Shown here in pieces: positions 35,912 through 46,500 of a DNA stretch of 64,000 nt; position 1 is the first letter of the stretch; every line of letters begins with the position of its first letter. Position numbers and translations under genes: made by a program. Source of the stretch: a virus; the IMG/VR virus record IMGVR_UViG_3300038620_000086, positions 1 to 64,000 of that record, one strand, 5' to 3'. The notes below the pieces were generated by a model. The model did no database searches and had not been told where the DNA came from. It worked only from the letters and a program-made list of their open reading frames with translations.

Positions 35912-38900
35912 CTAAATCATTCCTATTAAGTAGCTAGCTTCTTTAAATGTAAAATCTAATAACCCCCATTCGTAGTCCCCTTCTGGAGTTCCTTCTTTAT
36001 ACGTATAGTTCACTGGTATTAATTTTAACGGATCGTTAGGATTCGTTGCAAAAAGATAAGCCTTAATACTTGCCCTAGCTCTCCTCCATTCAGCTTCTTC
36101 GTCTTCTGAACCAGGAAAATAAGATAGTATATCCCCTCCTTCTAAAGGAGTGATACCAAGGTCAACATTCTCTAGATCATTAAGCCCAGCTTCAAGCGGA
36201 ACATTTCTTAGAAAACTTCCATCGCCAAAAAACGATCCCTGGAAAATTCCGTTGAGAGTGTTGCCAAAGACGTATATATTGCTGTTCCCGGCAAACACTG
36301 GTTTTCCTGCTTCGTTTAAGTCGAAATATTGAACCGCTCCGATATTGTCCTCTGGATCTTCCCTGTTACCTTGAGGAAATCGGATGTCGGGATTTCTGAC
36401 GTACAAAGTAGATTTACCTTCATCAGGATCCTTAATCGACGATGCACCAATACGATAAAACAACTTAGGAGGAGCATTAAACGGGACAGTAAACAGTACA
36501 GACTTTCCCGACACAGATGTAAGTTCGGCTAACCCGTTGTTAAATACACCATCTTCTTCTCCAAGATCATCACCATTCTCGTCAACTATCCGAAAACTGG
36601 CAATATCAACTCCTGCATTAGCCGACAGATTAAACCGATAGGTCATCCCCCTAAGAACTTGGATAGACCCAAAGCTTCTCCCATTAAGAGTAACTAGACT
36701 AGAAGCGCTATAATTAATGTCAACTTGAATGATTGGTCCAGCCCTTCGATCCACATACCGCTTCACTGCTGTCTGCGTCGGAACTGTATTAGGACCGGGT
36801 TCCCCCTCCTGGACATCGGGTCGATCAGAAGATAGATCTGTATTGTCCGATACCTCATTAACCTTAACGCCAACAGAACCAAGCGGCGTTGTAAACGGTC
36901 CTAACTCTTCAACGTTTGTTAAGCTAAAACGTTCGGTTGAGAAACTTACTGCCCCGGTTGCTTGGTCAACTGAGAAAAAAGGACCAACCAAAAAGTTACC
37001 TTTCTCATCACTAGCCGAATAGAAGACCTGACCAAAGTCAACACGCTTAGCAACATTCTCGGGAACTAAGGTTCCAGACCCACCAACATTTCTTGGTAGC
37101 CTAGTACCAGTTCCAATATAACCAAAATCGTGTGACGTCATACGGACTACAGACCGAAATTCATAGACCCCAGAAGTATCACTTTCATCCTCTAGGTTTC
37201 CAAAGGGAGAGATGACATTTGGGGATGATACCTGGATACTTTCCCAACTAGGATTAACTAGTACCTTTATATAAACCGTCCCATCATTGGTTACAAACCT
37301 TGAAACTGTAAGAATCTCTACCGGCTTAGACCCATCGTCGATCCGAATTAAAGCACCAACCTTAGGATCAGCTCTTACAACCTCGTTAGTAGGATTGTAG
37401 ACTGGATCTTCTATAACGGCATAGTTGTTAATAATCCTATCATCGCTAATGGACTCGCCAGCTTCCTCATAACCACTTCCTCCGGGTTCTTTTGGTAATT
37501 TTCCTTGACCTTCTAAGGTCTTTGTATAGGTGTGCCCAATCCAAATACGTTTAGCAGTGATCTCTGGCGTATTGTCAGGAGTACGGAATTTATCCTGCCC
37601 AAGATATCCTTCTGCTTTAACACCATACACCCCGAACCCGTTTGAACAGTTTAGAGCCCGTATTTCTCCGCCATTCCTGGAGTATAGCCCGTTGTTGGTG
37701 AAATACGTAAAAACCGATACACATTCAGCGTTAGCGATACCCTCGCACAATATGCCGTAGCCGTTCAGATTGACTTGAGTATAGTCATTAAACTGCATGA
37801 GCCTTGACTTGGGCGGATCAAAGCTCAGGCGAGTTCTAGGATCCAGCCTAAATCCATCAACGTGAGCACCCCCTCCTCCATTTCGACGTTGCCAAGGATC
37901 TTTCCTAACACTGGCCCAAGGACGAATATAGGATTGGCATTCGTGGCGATCCTCCTCATTATGATCCTCACCCGGCAAAGGTCTTAATGTCTTGACATGG
38001 AGAAGGTCATTAATCTGACTTTTCTTACAGTAGGCATTAGTAACCTTCATTGTAGTATCTCCAGGTTCAACATTCCTCTTAAGTCGAACCATGAACTGGT
38101 TGTCCGTGGGACGATCATTTCTAATCTCCTCGAACCAGAGTTCTTCGCCCTCTTCCTCGCTTCCTTCTTCGCGCCCAACGTAAGTGCGGTCAATATCCTC
38201 GGGATTTAATAGCTCGATTACATCATTATCTGGGTCTTTTGTTCGTTCTTCTAACTGGTATGCAACATAGTTGCTCTCTGCTATCTTATGGAATTTGCCG
38301 ACTTTTAGCTTTGTTGACCCCTTGGAAGCATTCTCGGTGAGAACAAATAACTCTGTAAACAAAGGATGCTGGTAATGGATAGTTGACCCTTGGGTAAAGG
38401 AATAAGATACAAATAGCGGGTCTCCCTGGACTCTTGGGTTTTCAACATCAATGCTTGTATCTCCAACTTTGACCTCAGAAGAAACCACCATTTCTACTAC
38501 CCTCTTTTCCTGGTTAGAGATATATAAACGGCTACCGGAGGGAATGTTTTCCTTAGAAGGCTCGATGTTTATACTTGATACCTTAGTTTTCTTTTCTAAG
38601 GACTGGCGAAGTAAACTGAATGGTACTGCTCTTGGGTCTCCCAAATAGATTTGGTCACCTCGTTCCAAATTCAAGGGGATAGGATCAACATCTATTTCCT
38701 CAATCTTGTCTCCTGGGCGGAATAGATAGTTGTCGTAGACTGTGTTGGGGTTATATAACTTTACCTCTCCATCAACAAAGTTATTGTTTTCAATCTGGTA
38801 GTAGAGGTTTAGATCATTAGGATTGACTCCTCGAAGGTCAAGTTCTGTATAGCTTGGGCTCCTACTAGTCACCAGGTCACTCTCTTCAAAGTTAGATAAA

Positions 38901-40120
38901 TCTGAGGTGAATCTTATTGTCTTTCCTTGAGTATTCGGATCAATGGAGAAACGATAGCGACGCCCTACAGCTAGTCTCATTTGATGGTTGACTCGTCCAT
39001 CAACCTCTAGCATTAACGGTTGGTTAGTCTCGTTAGGATCGTAAGTAGGATGCCTGTCATCTTTAGGGATAGCCTTTATTACATTGTTCGACTCTACGAG
39101 GTCACTACTTTCTCTTGGAATTAGCTTACCCTTAGCCTTAGTAAGTTCTAATTTGAATAGCTGATGGACATCCCTACCGTCGTTGTAACTCGTTACGTTC
39201 TGAATGTAAGGACTTATCGTCTTTAAGTCGGCGTTCTTTCTAAACCCTAAAGTAAATCCAGGTTCAACGACCCCGCGAACTGTCATGTTTCTGATAATGC
39301 AGTCGTGAGTTACTTCGAAAAGGTTTGTACCACCGCCATTCCTATCATGAGTTGCCCCGCAAGTATCTGTTGTCGGGTAAACTCGCACCCTCCTTAATTC
39401 CTCGCCAATTAAAGAAGTTCTTGGTGGCAGCTCTAGAGGAGCCTCTTCGATGTATAGTCCGGAGTAGACGAATACTGTACAGTCTCCGCGTTGAACCTGC
39501 TCAGATTCTAGAGCCTCTTTAATCGTTAGATAAGGGCGGTCAAATGACCCGTCTCTTACAGAGGCATAGGGTTCACCAGTAGAGTTAACATAGACTGTAT
39601 TGGCTCTATGTCTTTCTGTAGACTGAATGTACTCTCGATATTTAAGGTTATTTAGGATCTGCCTAGATTCGTCATCTAAGGAGACTTCTAAAGATTCGGA
39701 ATCACCGACTCCTTTAGCTTTCTGACGATACTTAACTAGACCCTCGCCGATCCTCAGCTTTTCGTCTAAAGTATCAAGCTCGTCATCTCCCTCTGTTACT
39801 TTTAGCTTACCTTCCGAGCTGATCTGAAGCTTCTCCCCTTCAGAACCTTTTGAGGGATAAATCCTTATACCCGATCCTTCCAGGAAATTATCGCTCGTTA
39901 TCCCACTTTCAGATCCAGACCCAACTTCTTCCCAGTTTCCCTCGGGACTGGTGTTAAGATAGAATTTCCCATCGGAGGTATCAAATAAAAGTGCAGGAAC
40001 AATGCCAAAGTCAGATACACCAGAGTCCTCGCTATTAGGGTCTCCTTGGTAATCACCAGATCGAACCTCGATCTTGCGTCCCCAGTTTTGTCTTACCCAT
40101 TCAGCAAATGTTAGTGCCAT
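35912..40120 (-). CDS. Cyanomyovirus-type large fibre/virion structural protein with pectin-lyase-like beta-helix (1402 aa)
   Basis: Motif series YVN...DG...RPYLTIKEAL, VFVYSGLYIE, SLIGEELRR, SPYIQNVTS, GGGAHVDG, FNDYTQVN, ECVSVFT, SHDFGYIGTG, GQVFYSASDEKGNFLVG...VDQATG and VPTQTAVKRYVD is typical of large structural proteins of T4-like cyanophages/pelagiphages. Confidence 0.7.
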   Translation of the reverse strand: MALTFAEWVRQNWGRKIEVRSGDYQGDPNSEDSGVSDFGIVPALLFDTSDGKFYLNTSPEGNWEEVGSGSESGITSDNFLEGSGIRIYPSKGSEGEKLQISSEGKLKVTEGDDELDTLDEKLRIGEGLVKYRQKAKGVGDSESLEVSLDDESRQILNNLKYREYIQSTERHRANTVYVNSTGEPYASVRDGSFDRPYLTIKEALESEQVQRGDCTVFVYSGLYIEEAPLELPPRTSLIGEELRRVRVYPTTDTCGATHDRNGGGTNLFEVTHDCIIRNMTVRGVVEPGFTLGFRKNADLKTISPYIQNVTSYNDGRDVHQLFKLELTKAKGKLIPRESSDLVESNNVIKAIPKDDRHPTYDPNETNQPLMLEVDGRVNHQMRLAVGRRYRFSIDPNTQGKTIRFTSDLSNFEESDLVTSRSPSYTELDLRGVNPNDLNLYYQIENNNFVDGEVKLYNPNTVYDNYLFRPGDKIEEIDVDPIPLNLERGDQIYLGDPRAVPFSLLRQSLEKKTKVSSINIEPSKENIPSGSRLYISNQEKRVVEMVVSSEVKVGDTSIDVENPRVQGDPLFVSYSFTQGSTIHYQHPLFTELFVLTENASKGSTKLKVGKFHKIAESNYVAYQLEERTKDPDNDVIELLNPEDIDRTYVGREEGSEEEGEELWFEEIRNDRPTDNQFMVRLKRNVEPGDTTMKVTNAYCKKSQINDLLHVKTLRPLPGEDHNEEDRHECQSYIRPWASVRKDPWQRRNGGGGAHVDGFRLDPRTRLSFDPPKSRLMQFNDYTQVNLNGYGILCEGIANAECVSVFTYFTNNGLYSRNGGEIRALNCSNGFGVYGVKAEGYLGQDKFRTPDNTPEITAKRIWIGHTYTKTLEGQGKLPKEPGGSGYEEAGESISDDRIINNYAVIEDPVYNPTNEVVRADPKVGALIRIDDGSKPVEILTVSRFVTNDGTVYIKVLVNPSWESIQVSSPNVISPFGNLEDESDTSGVYEFRSVVRMTSHDFGYIGTGTRLPRNVGGSGTLVPENVAKRVDFGQVFYSASDEKGNFLVGPFFSVDQATGAVSFSTERFSLTNVEELGPFTTPLGSVGVKVNEVSDNTDLSSDRPDVQEGEPGPNTVPTQTAVKRYVDRRAGPIIQVDINYSASSLVTLNGRSFGSIQVLRGMTYRFNLSANAGVDIASFRIVDENGDDLGEEDGVFNNGLAELTSVSGKSVLFTVPFNAPPKLFYRIGASSIKDPDEGKSTLYVRNPDIRFPQGNREDPEDNIGAVQYFDLNEAGKPVFAGNSNIYVFGNTLNGIFQGSFFGDGSFLRNVPLEAGLNDLENVDLGITPLEGGDILSYFPGSEDEEAEWRRARASIKAYLFATNPNDPLKLIPVNYTYKEGTPEGDYEWGLLDFTFKEASYLIGMI

Positions 40121-40121
40121 A

Positions 40122-42614
40122 TTAGATTCTTTCTTCTACATCTACAGTTATCTCCCCAGAAGCTAAATTCTTTAGCTCTGGGTTATTGAATTGAATTGTG
40201 CTTGGTGCATTAAACTTGATCTGAGCTGGATCTCCCCCAAACTCTGATACCAAGAAAAAGTCAAGTGGCGGGTTAGAAGATTCGACGACAAGGTTGTCGG
40301 GATTAACAACAGTTATGCCGACGTCGAGAGTAGAAGTGCTAAAGGTGTCGAAGGTGTAACTTTGAGGTCTAAATCCTCGAATCTGATATTGCCCCGTTCG
40401 GGTTACTGTTCTGTTGGCAAGGTTAGTAATTTCTACTTGAAAGCTATACGAAGCACTTTGATGGACGTCTTGGTTGTTAACCCGAATAATTAACTCCCAG
40501 TTGGATCGACTAGCTTTCTCGTTAATCTGTTGGAAAGTACCTTGATCATCACCAATTGATCCACTAACGTAAGAGACATTGAGTAATTGCTGGTCAAAAG
40601 AAAGCGCGATCGCGTGGTCAATGCCGCCCTCATCAGAACGGAGTGGAGGATTGGGCTGACCTGATTTCCAGTCGGGTTCGTTGTGAGCGATCTGAACTAG
40701 GGTACTTGCCTGATTCTGAGAGCCATTTGCGTTCCGAGTCACCTGAAAAGTAAGGTTATTCCCACTAACTCGATATCCTTGTGATCTGCCATTACTATTG
40801 AGGGAGGCTAGAATTGTCAAATTAGAGTCATCATCAGTCGTTGACAGCTCGGATGATGTAATCTGCTGGGTATCAGCATTATTTACAAAATATTCGATAC
40901 TTGCCTCCTCAGAGTCTTTTAGGGCTTCCTGACCGTCGGGATAAACCGGAGAGTTAAGGTTAACTGTTGGTTTAAGGTTATTAAGAGTTACAGTGTTATC
41001 TGTTTCCACTTTGGGAGAAAGGGCGCCGTTACTAGCCGTTTCTACTCTCAGTTTTCCTTTTAGATCTTGAGGAGTCGTCCCTCGGTTAGCAACTACAACT
41101 TCCCTTGTCACCTGGCTTGTAGCTCCAAAGGTGAAGGTCTGAGATTTAAGAGCCCCAAAGTCAAAGATGATCAATTTGACGAACGGTTCGTCAGCCTCAA
41201 CGGTTAACTCAATCTTGTCATTCTCTTTTAACTCCGACTGAATTCCCCCATTAGGTCCGCGAGGATAAATGCCAGAAAACTCTGCTAAGGTTATATTAGC
41301 GGGTTGAGTTCCACTAAATGGAAGGACAGTTTTCCCTCCGTTTCCCTCAATTTGGATTTCTTTTGGGTCAGAGAAATCTAAATCGAGATCAACCGTTGCT
41401 GTAAACCTACGGTCACCTTCTATCTGCTGGTAGTTAGAGAAAGGAACACCATTAGCAGTATAGTTACCACGATATTTTTTCCCTCCGTCAAACTCAATCT
41501 TAACTGTTACTTTACTAGTCGTCGTTGAGAACGATTCTACAACCCGACTGACTGTTTCACTACGACTAAGATTTACTGTTTCCTCAGAATCTTGAGGGAA
41601 AACATCAACGACAAAAACACTAGAGGAACCAATATTTTCAAAGTCAGGTTTATTCGTTAGATCTTGGTAATCCCCCGATGTCGCTACTGGTTCTAGATCA
41701 GGCTTGTCGGACAGATCCGAATAAGAACCGGACGTAGCAACTGGTTTCAGATCCGGCTTGTCACTAAGATTCTCATAGGAGATATCAGGTTTATCGGTAA
41801 GATCAGAATAGGATCCACTAAAGGCAATGGGATGGAAGGTCGGAGTTCCTGAAAGGTCATTATAGTTTCCAGTGAAAGCGACCTGAGAGAAGTCCGGGGT
41901 TCCAACTAAGCTTTGATAAGATCCAGTAAAAGCAACAGGTTGTAGGTTTGGACGATTGATTAGATCCTGATAGTTGCCGGTACGAGCGACCCTCTCTAGG
42001 CTTGGCTTGTCAATGAGATCCTCGTAGGAACCTGTTTTGGCAACTTGTTTGAAGTCTGGTTTATCGCTAAGGCTTTCAAAAGACCCAGTGAAAGCAACCT
42101 CACTAAGGGAATCCTGGTCAACATCAATCTGAATCGTGTTACTAGAGGGATCGGTAGTGATATCGACACCAGTTCCAGGAACTAGGTTAAGTAGATCCTC
42201 ACCGCTAGCGACAATATTGCTTTGTCTGGGAACAGCTATTGTCTTAAAGTGTGACCCCAGGGAGACTTCTACTTCACCATCGTCTGTTTCTTCAACCAAT
42301 AAACCAGAATCCGAGTCGAAACGAAGTGTACTAGTTGCAAACCGAGTTGGTGTCTCGCCTGGAGTTTGCGAACCAACAACGTCTATCCCTGCTTCAATAT
42401 TAACCCCGTCAAGATCTCCTGAAGTTAGAATTCTCCTCCAACTTCCATTGACCTTTTTATAGAGGTTTCCGGTATCACGATCAAATAGAAGGTCATAGGG
42501 AGCCCCAAAAGCTTCTACTGAGTCAGGATTTCCGTTGTAATTACCTGATCGCAGTGTCTGTTTGCTTGGCCAGTTCTCTATTATGAATTTTTCTAAAGAC
42601 TGGATATCAACCAT
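40122..42614 (-). CDS. Tail fibre protein (830 aa) with 18-aa VAxSGSYxDLxDKP repeats and C-terminal Ig-like modules
   Basis: Eight full and one partial tandem fibre repeat; N-terminus shared with 35912..40120; C-terminus shared with 50036..53806. Confidence 0.75.
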   Translation of the reverse strand: MVDIQSLEKFIIENWPSKQTLRSGNYNGNPDSVEAFGAPYDLLFDRDTGNLYKKVNGSWRRILTSGDLDGVNIEAGIDVVGSQTPGETPTRFATSTLRFDSDSGLLVEETDDGEVEVSLGSHFKTIAVPRQSNIVASGEDLLNLVPGTGVDITTDPSSNTIQIDVDQDSLSEVAFTGSFESLSDKPDFKQVAKTGSYEDLIDKPSLERVARTGNYQDLINRPNLQPVAFTGSYQSLVGTPDFSQVAFTGNYNDLSGTPTFHPIAFSGSYSDLTDKPDISYENLSDKPDLKPVATSGSYSDLSDKPDLEPVATSGDYQDLTNKPDFENIGSSSVFVVDVFPQDSEETVNLSRSETVSRVVESFSTTTSKVTVKIEFDGGKKYRGNYTANGVPFSNYQQIEGDRRFTATVDLDLDFSDPKEIQIEGNGGKTVLPFSGTQPANITLAEFSGIYPRGPNGGIQSELKENDKIELTVEADEPFVKLIIFDFGALKSQTFTFGATSQVTREVVVANRGTTPQDLKGKLRVETASNGALSPKVETDNTVTLNNLKPTVNLNSPVYPDGQEALKDSEEASIEYFVNNADTQQITSSELSTTDDDSNLTILASLNSNGRSQGYRVSGNNLTFQVTRNANGSQNQASTLVQIAHNEPDWKSGQPNPPLRSDEGGIDHAIALSFDQQLLNVSYVSGSIGDDQGTFQQINEKASRSNWELIIRVNNQDVHQSASYSFQVEITNLANRTVTRTGQYQIRGFRPQSYTFDTFSTSTLDVGITVVNPDNLVVESSNPPLDFFLVSEFGGDPAQIKFNAPSTIQFNNPELKNLASGEITVDVEERI
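41177..41193. repeat. 17-bp palindrome TGACGAAC-G-GTTCGTCA, copy 2 (inside the fibre CDS)
   Basis: Identical to 16669..16685 (18 nt identical including the following G). Confidence 0.6.
41643..42107 (-). repeat. Degenerate 54-bp tandem coding repeats (fibre repeat)
   Basis: LSEVAFTGSFESLSDKPD / FKQVAKTGSYEDLIDKPS / LERVARTGNYQDLINRPN / ... / LEPVATSGDYQDLTNKPD. Confidence 0.85.
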
Positions 42615-43015
42615 TAATACTCTTCTATTGAAAGATCTCCGCTATTAATCGTAAAAACCTCACCATCTTCGATCTCTACCTCTGTATCTAATTGGTCAAC
42701 AAAATAGGAGTTTCCAGATGATGGGCTATCCCAGAGAACGAGGTAACGAACGGTAACGGTTGCTCCACTGCTGTTCGTCAAACTATAGCTAGACAGATTG
42801 TCAACTTTACCCCCTCCCTGATCAGACCAGTTATTAACCTCCAATCTTTGACCTTCCTGCCAAGTAATTGGGAATAAAGTGTTTTTTTCGGGATCATTCC
42901 CAGGGTTACTAGAATAAAATTCCACCCAGAATCCCCCATTAGGTGTTAAGGGCTGAGATCCACTAAAAAATATGTACTCCTGAAGTTGCTGCTTATAGCG
43001 ATTTGTTTTAGGCAT
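42614..43015 (-). CDS. Small virion structural protein (fibre adaptor-like), paralogue of 15999..16379
   Basis: WVEFYSSNPGNDPE...VRYLVLWDSPSSGN...IEDGEVFTINSGDLSIEE. Confidence 0.6.
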   Translation of the reverse strand: MPKTNRYKQQLQEYIFFSGSQPLTPNGGFWVEFYSSNPGNDPEKNTLFPITWQEGQRLEVNNWSDQGGGKVDNLSSYSLTNSSGATVTVRYLVLWDSPSSGNSYFVDQLDTEVEIEDGEVFTINSGDLSIEEY

Positions 43016-45440
43016 TATTCAAATTTAATCTCGATCCAGATTTAATCCTTATAGGAGATTCAGAGATACCAGGATTAGTTAAAGTTATCCCAGTATTTGT
43101 ATCACGATTCCTATCGTTGTCCCTATAAAGAGAGGTCTTCGCTATTCGGTAATATAACTCGGCTGGCTTTATATCCTGAATCAAACTTGCTGCTTGTGGA
43201 TCTTCTCCCTCAGTTTCTATATACCCAAGCAATTGGTTACTATCGACTTTGGTGGTTGGACTATCAAGCGAACCTGGGTTAGCTGTAACTGTTTCATTGA
43301 GATGCTGTGATATTAAATCATTGGAGCTTCCCAATAGTTCAGATGAATCGCCTACATAATAGTTACTCTGAAGGTCAATTACCTCTGACAAATGGGAAGT
43401 CTTGCTTATAGAAAACAGATCTTCCCAAGAATTAGGATCAAACCAACGGGTTGTGATAGACCACCCTGTACTTGATTCGTTCACTTGGTATGGGTAAGGT
43501 TCTGGTGTTTTTACCTCAACTGAACCTCCAAGCAGACTACTTATTGTCTCTGATATCTCTTCGATGGTCTTGTTTTCTGGGCGAAGATATTGGCTAAGCA
43601 TCTGATTCCAAAAAGTATCAGAGGTTAATTTGGGTTTAGGAAGGTAGACTGAGGCATATTTAGCTAGAACAAACCCTACTGCTGATGAAATGTCTTGTCC
43701 TATCTCGACTAAAAGATATCGAAGAATAGAGGATAGAGTGCTGCTAACATTCGATAGCAATAAGTTAACTAAAGTGCTATCAGATCGCCTTAACACCTCG
43801 GGCTGGAACCAATAGCGCCCTACAGGAAGCATTCTAGTTGCTTCTTCATACAGTTGCCAGACAGCTAGTATAGCTTCCTCTGCTAGCAAAGGAAAAGGAG
43901 GTATATTATTGAAAACTTGCTGAGTCGTGTCCCGAAGGGATATAGCACTTTGGGTTACTAAATTAGGGATCTCATCAGGATAGTGATAAAGACCGTCTGT
44001 CTGATTGGTTGGGAGGTCATAAATAGGGCTTTCTTCCAGAGTGTTGCCAGACGAATCTTGGAAGTCTGGATAGATATTCTGTAGAAACCCTTGTCCAAAG
44101 ATGATCATTCGATATTCTGAGTCATCTTTTTCGTCCTCTCTTTTCTCTTGTAACCGGGAGATAAAGCCCCTGATGATCTCTACTGTGTCTGAGTTAGATA
44201 ACGAAAAATAAATCTGCCATATAGCTCTAGCTACTGGAACCCTTAAACTATCAGTATCTGACGCATCAACCATCTGTAACTGTTCAGCGGGTTGAGCCGG
44301 GAGTTCTGCTAACTTTAAATAAAGTCTAGCAGCAGTAGCATGATTTTCGACAGAGTAATCTAACTGAAGGGCTTTAGTTAGGTAGATAGAAGAGAGGAAG
44401 CTTGCTTCTAAACTTTCACTCGAAAGAAAGAAGCCTTCGGCTGATAAAACCTCCGAGCTAAACTGGTTCCCACCGTCGGTTGCCGCCGAAAGTAGTAAAT
44501 TTAGCTGCTCAACAACGAACTTTAACTTCTTATCGAGTTTTATACCTCCGTCTAGGGTTTTTATCTCTGAAAGCGGTTTATCATAGAAATAGCTTAATCC
44601 GTCCAGAATAGCCAATCCTAAAAAAGCGTTTTGAGCAGTCCACACTTCTTCGGAAACAGCCCGGTCTAAACGAGGCAATCGATAAGGAAATCCTGGAATA
44701 GCTTCATCTCCTGGTTCATAGCCAACATCAGACTCGATGGCGCCAACCTTCTCAATGTAATAATCGCTGATAGTGTTAAGTAGTCCGACTAAACTCTCTT
44801 CGTCATTCCCCGCGATCGCGAGATAGATTCCATGAGCTACAGTCTCTGGATCGGAGAAACGAAATGATCCATAAAGATGAGGAGTAGGCAATGCCGTGTA
44901 GTACAAACCCCTTATCTCTTTCTCTGTAACCTTGGAATTAGAGCCTTGAACTCTAATCGTGCTATGAGCCGCTCGAACTGTCCTAATCTCCTGAACCGTT
45001 GGAGAGGTAGATGAATAATATTGATATTTATAAAGACCAGGAATCAGCCCTGAGGTTGGTTGACTTGTTTTCTGATGAATCGTGACTCGGGAAAGAACCC
45101 CATCACTCAAGAATACGTAGGGATTATCTAGCGTCACTAAAGAGGGATCTGAAACAGGATAACGGTTAAGTAAAAAGGAACGGTTGTCGTCCGAGTGAAA
45201 GTAAACCTCGTCTATTTCTATCCGGTCACTGATCTTAGGATTCTCTGAAATAAGAATCGGGTCACTAACCTTAATTGGTCTCTTTAGACTATTAGCTTCG
45301 CCAGAAATAGACTTTTGATGGAAAGTGTCAAGGTATAAGTCATACCCCGAACTACTAACTCTGTATTCAGGCTCGGGTCGTCGAGCGGGGCTAAAATCAA
45401 ATCGGTTAAAGAAGTTTTTCTGGCTAGAGTTGAGTGACAT
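43008..45440 (-). CDS. Probable baseplate wedge subunit (P2 gpI / Mu gp48-like region) with large extensions, 810 aa
   Basis: Directly follows the J-like gene; DISSAVGFVLAKYA...SDTFWNQML...KTIEEISETISSLLG resembles the IxTAxGxxLDxxG...DxxYR...T...I wedge motif. Confidence 0.55.
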   Translation of the reverse strand: MSLNSSQKNFFNRFDFSPARRPEPEYRVSSSGYDLYLDTFHQKSISGEANSLKRPIKVSDPILISENPKISDRIEIDEVYFHSDDNRSFLLNRYPVSDPSLVTLDNPYVFLSDGVLSRVTIHQKTSQPTSGLIPGLYKYQYYSSTSPTVQEIRTVRAAHSTIRVQGSNSKVTEKEIRGLYYTALPTPHLYGSFRFSDPETVAHGIYLAIAGNDEESLVGLLNTISDYYIEKVGAIESDVGYEPGDEAIPGFPYRLPRLDRAVSEEVWTAQNAFLGLAILDGLSYFYDKPLSEIKTLDGGIKLDKKLKFVVEQLNLLLSAATDGGNQFSSEVLSAEGFFLSSESLEASFLSSIYLTKALQLDYSVENHATAARLYLKLAELPAQPAEQLQMVDASDTDSLRVPVARAIWQIYFSLSNSDTVEIIRGFISRLQEKREDEKDDSEYRMIIFGQGFLQNIYPDFQDSSGNTLEESPIYDLPTNQTDGLYHYPDEIPNLVTQSAISLRDTTQQVFNNIPPFPLLAEEAILAVWQLYEEATRMLPVGRYWFQPEVLRRSDSTLVNLLLSNVSSTLSSILRYLLVEIGQDISSAVGFVLAKYASVYLPKPKLTSDTFWNQMLSQYLRPENKTIEEISETISSLLGGSVEVKTPEPYPYQVNESSTGWSITTRWFDPNSWEDLFSISKTSHLSEVIDLQSNYYVGDSSELLGSSNDLISQHLNETVTANPGSLDSPTTKVDSNQLLGYIETEGEDPQAASLIQDIKPAELYYRIAKTSLYRDNDRNRDTNTGITLTNPGISESPIRIKSGSRLNLNNA

Positions 45441-46500
45441 AAGTTATATTAACTCGGCTGGGATAAATAAGGTCAGAAGAGGCTATTTCAATAGAGGTTT
45501 TAGGGATAGATACCCTAAGGTCTTCATAGATAGATTTCAGCGATTCTTCTAAGTCACTAGGGTTAAATATATTATTTGGTTCTAGATTCCGGGAGTAATC
45601 GAATACTAAGGCTCTAATGTAGTCACTTAACTGGGACTGATCGATCTCTGGAGTTGCTGAAACAATAATCTCGACATCAATGCTAACTCTTCTAGCTTGT
45701 TTAACGGTAACTGTAACACCGGGGCTCACCCAGGATCGAATCTCGTTAGCAATAGCCTCTTGGTCTGCTTCTGTAAACGAAGAAAATGGATCAACAAGAA
45801 CAACTAAGACTCCACCGCCAGAAGGTTCAACTCTTACATTGGCGATGGATTCTCGACTTAGCAGCTTTTGTTCAATCTCTTTTGATGTAGTTCTTTCTCG
45901 GTTTTGGGCAGATCGAATCAACCGAAGCCGAAAGGATTCATCCGTCTCTGGTTCTTTACCCCCTTGTATAGAACCACAAACTTTTCCATCAATTGTTTCC
46001 CCGGATCCTACTCTAATCTCTAACTCTGGAAACTGGGTAGCAACGAGTCTAGTACCGCTTCCGAGATTATACTCTCTCCCCGGCTGATCAGCCTCAATAG
46101 GAACGGCTGTTTTGACTTTTGGGGCTAATGATTTAGAAGAATTAGAGGGAAGGTTAGTTCGGTAAAGAAGGTTTGTCTCTGGATCAGCAATTACCGAATT
46201 GTTTGGCAGATTTACTATCTGGTTGGAAGTGTTTTCTACCACAACGTGACCTTTAGCTCTAGTTGCCTTACGGCGGTCTAGCCAGTATCCCTTACGGTCT
46301 AGACTCTCACCTGTAGCAGATATTAGAAAACTGTCTTTCTCAACCTGATCAACTTTTTGTTCAAGACTTAATTGAGAAGCAGCGAAAGAGCGGACTAGCG
46401 CTCGAACAACTGACCCCTCAGAGAGGTCAATTTCCAAATTTGACCCAGACTGCATTGCTGCTGCTATTTCCTCTTCGATTTCATTGATTGGTCTACTCAA
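45424..46500 (-). CDS. Baseplate J-like (P2 gpJ / Mu gp47) protein
   Basis: DLSEGSVVRALV, SATGESLDRKG..LDRRKATRAKG, VPIEADQPGREYNL, GGKEPETDESFRLR. Confidence 0.9.
   Translation of the reverse strand: MSRPINEIEEEIAAAMQSGSNLEIDLSEGSVVRALVRSFAASQLSLEQKVDQVEKDSFLISATGESLDRKGYWLDRRKATRAKGHVVVENTSNQIVNLPNNSVIADPETNLLYRTNLPSNSSKSLAPKVKTAVPIEADQPGREYNLGSGTRLVATQFPELEIRVGSGETIDGKVCGSIQGGKEPETDESFRLRLIRSAQNRERTTSKEIEQKLLSRESIANVRVEPSGGGVLVVLVDPFSSFTEADQEAIANEIRSWVSPGVTVTVKQARRVSIDVEIIVSATPEIDQSQLSDYIRALVFDYSRNLEPNNIFNPSDLEESLKSIYEDLRVSIPKTSIEIASSDLIYPSRVNITYVTQL

Noticed and set aside
41643-42107. Fibre tandem repeats as a novel element
   Set aside because: The VAxSGSYxDLxDKP repeat is a common phage tail-fibre repeat.
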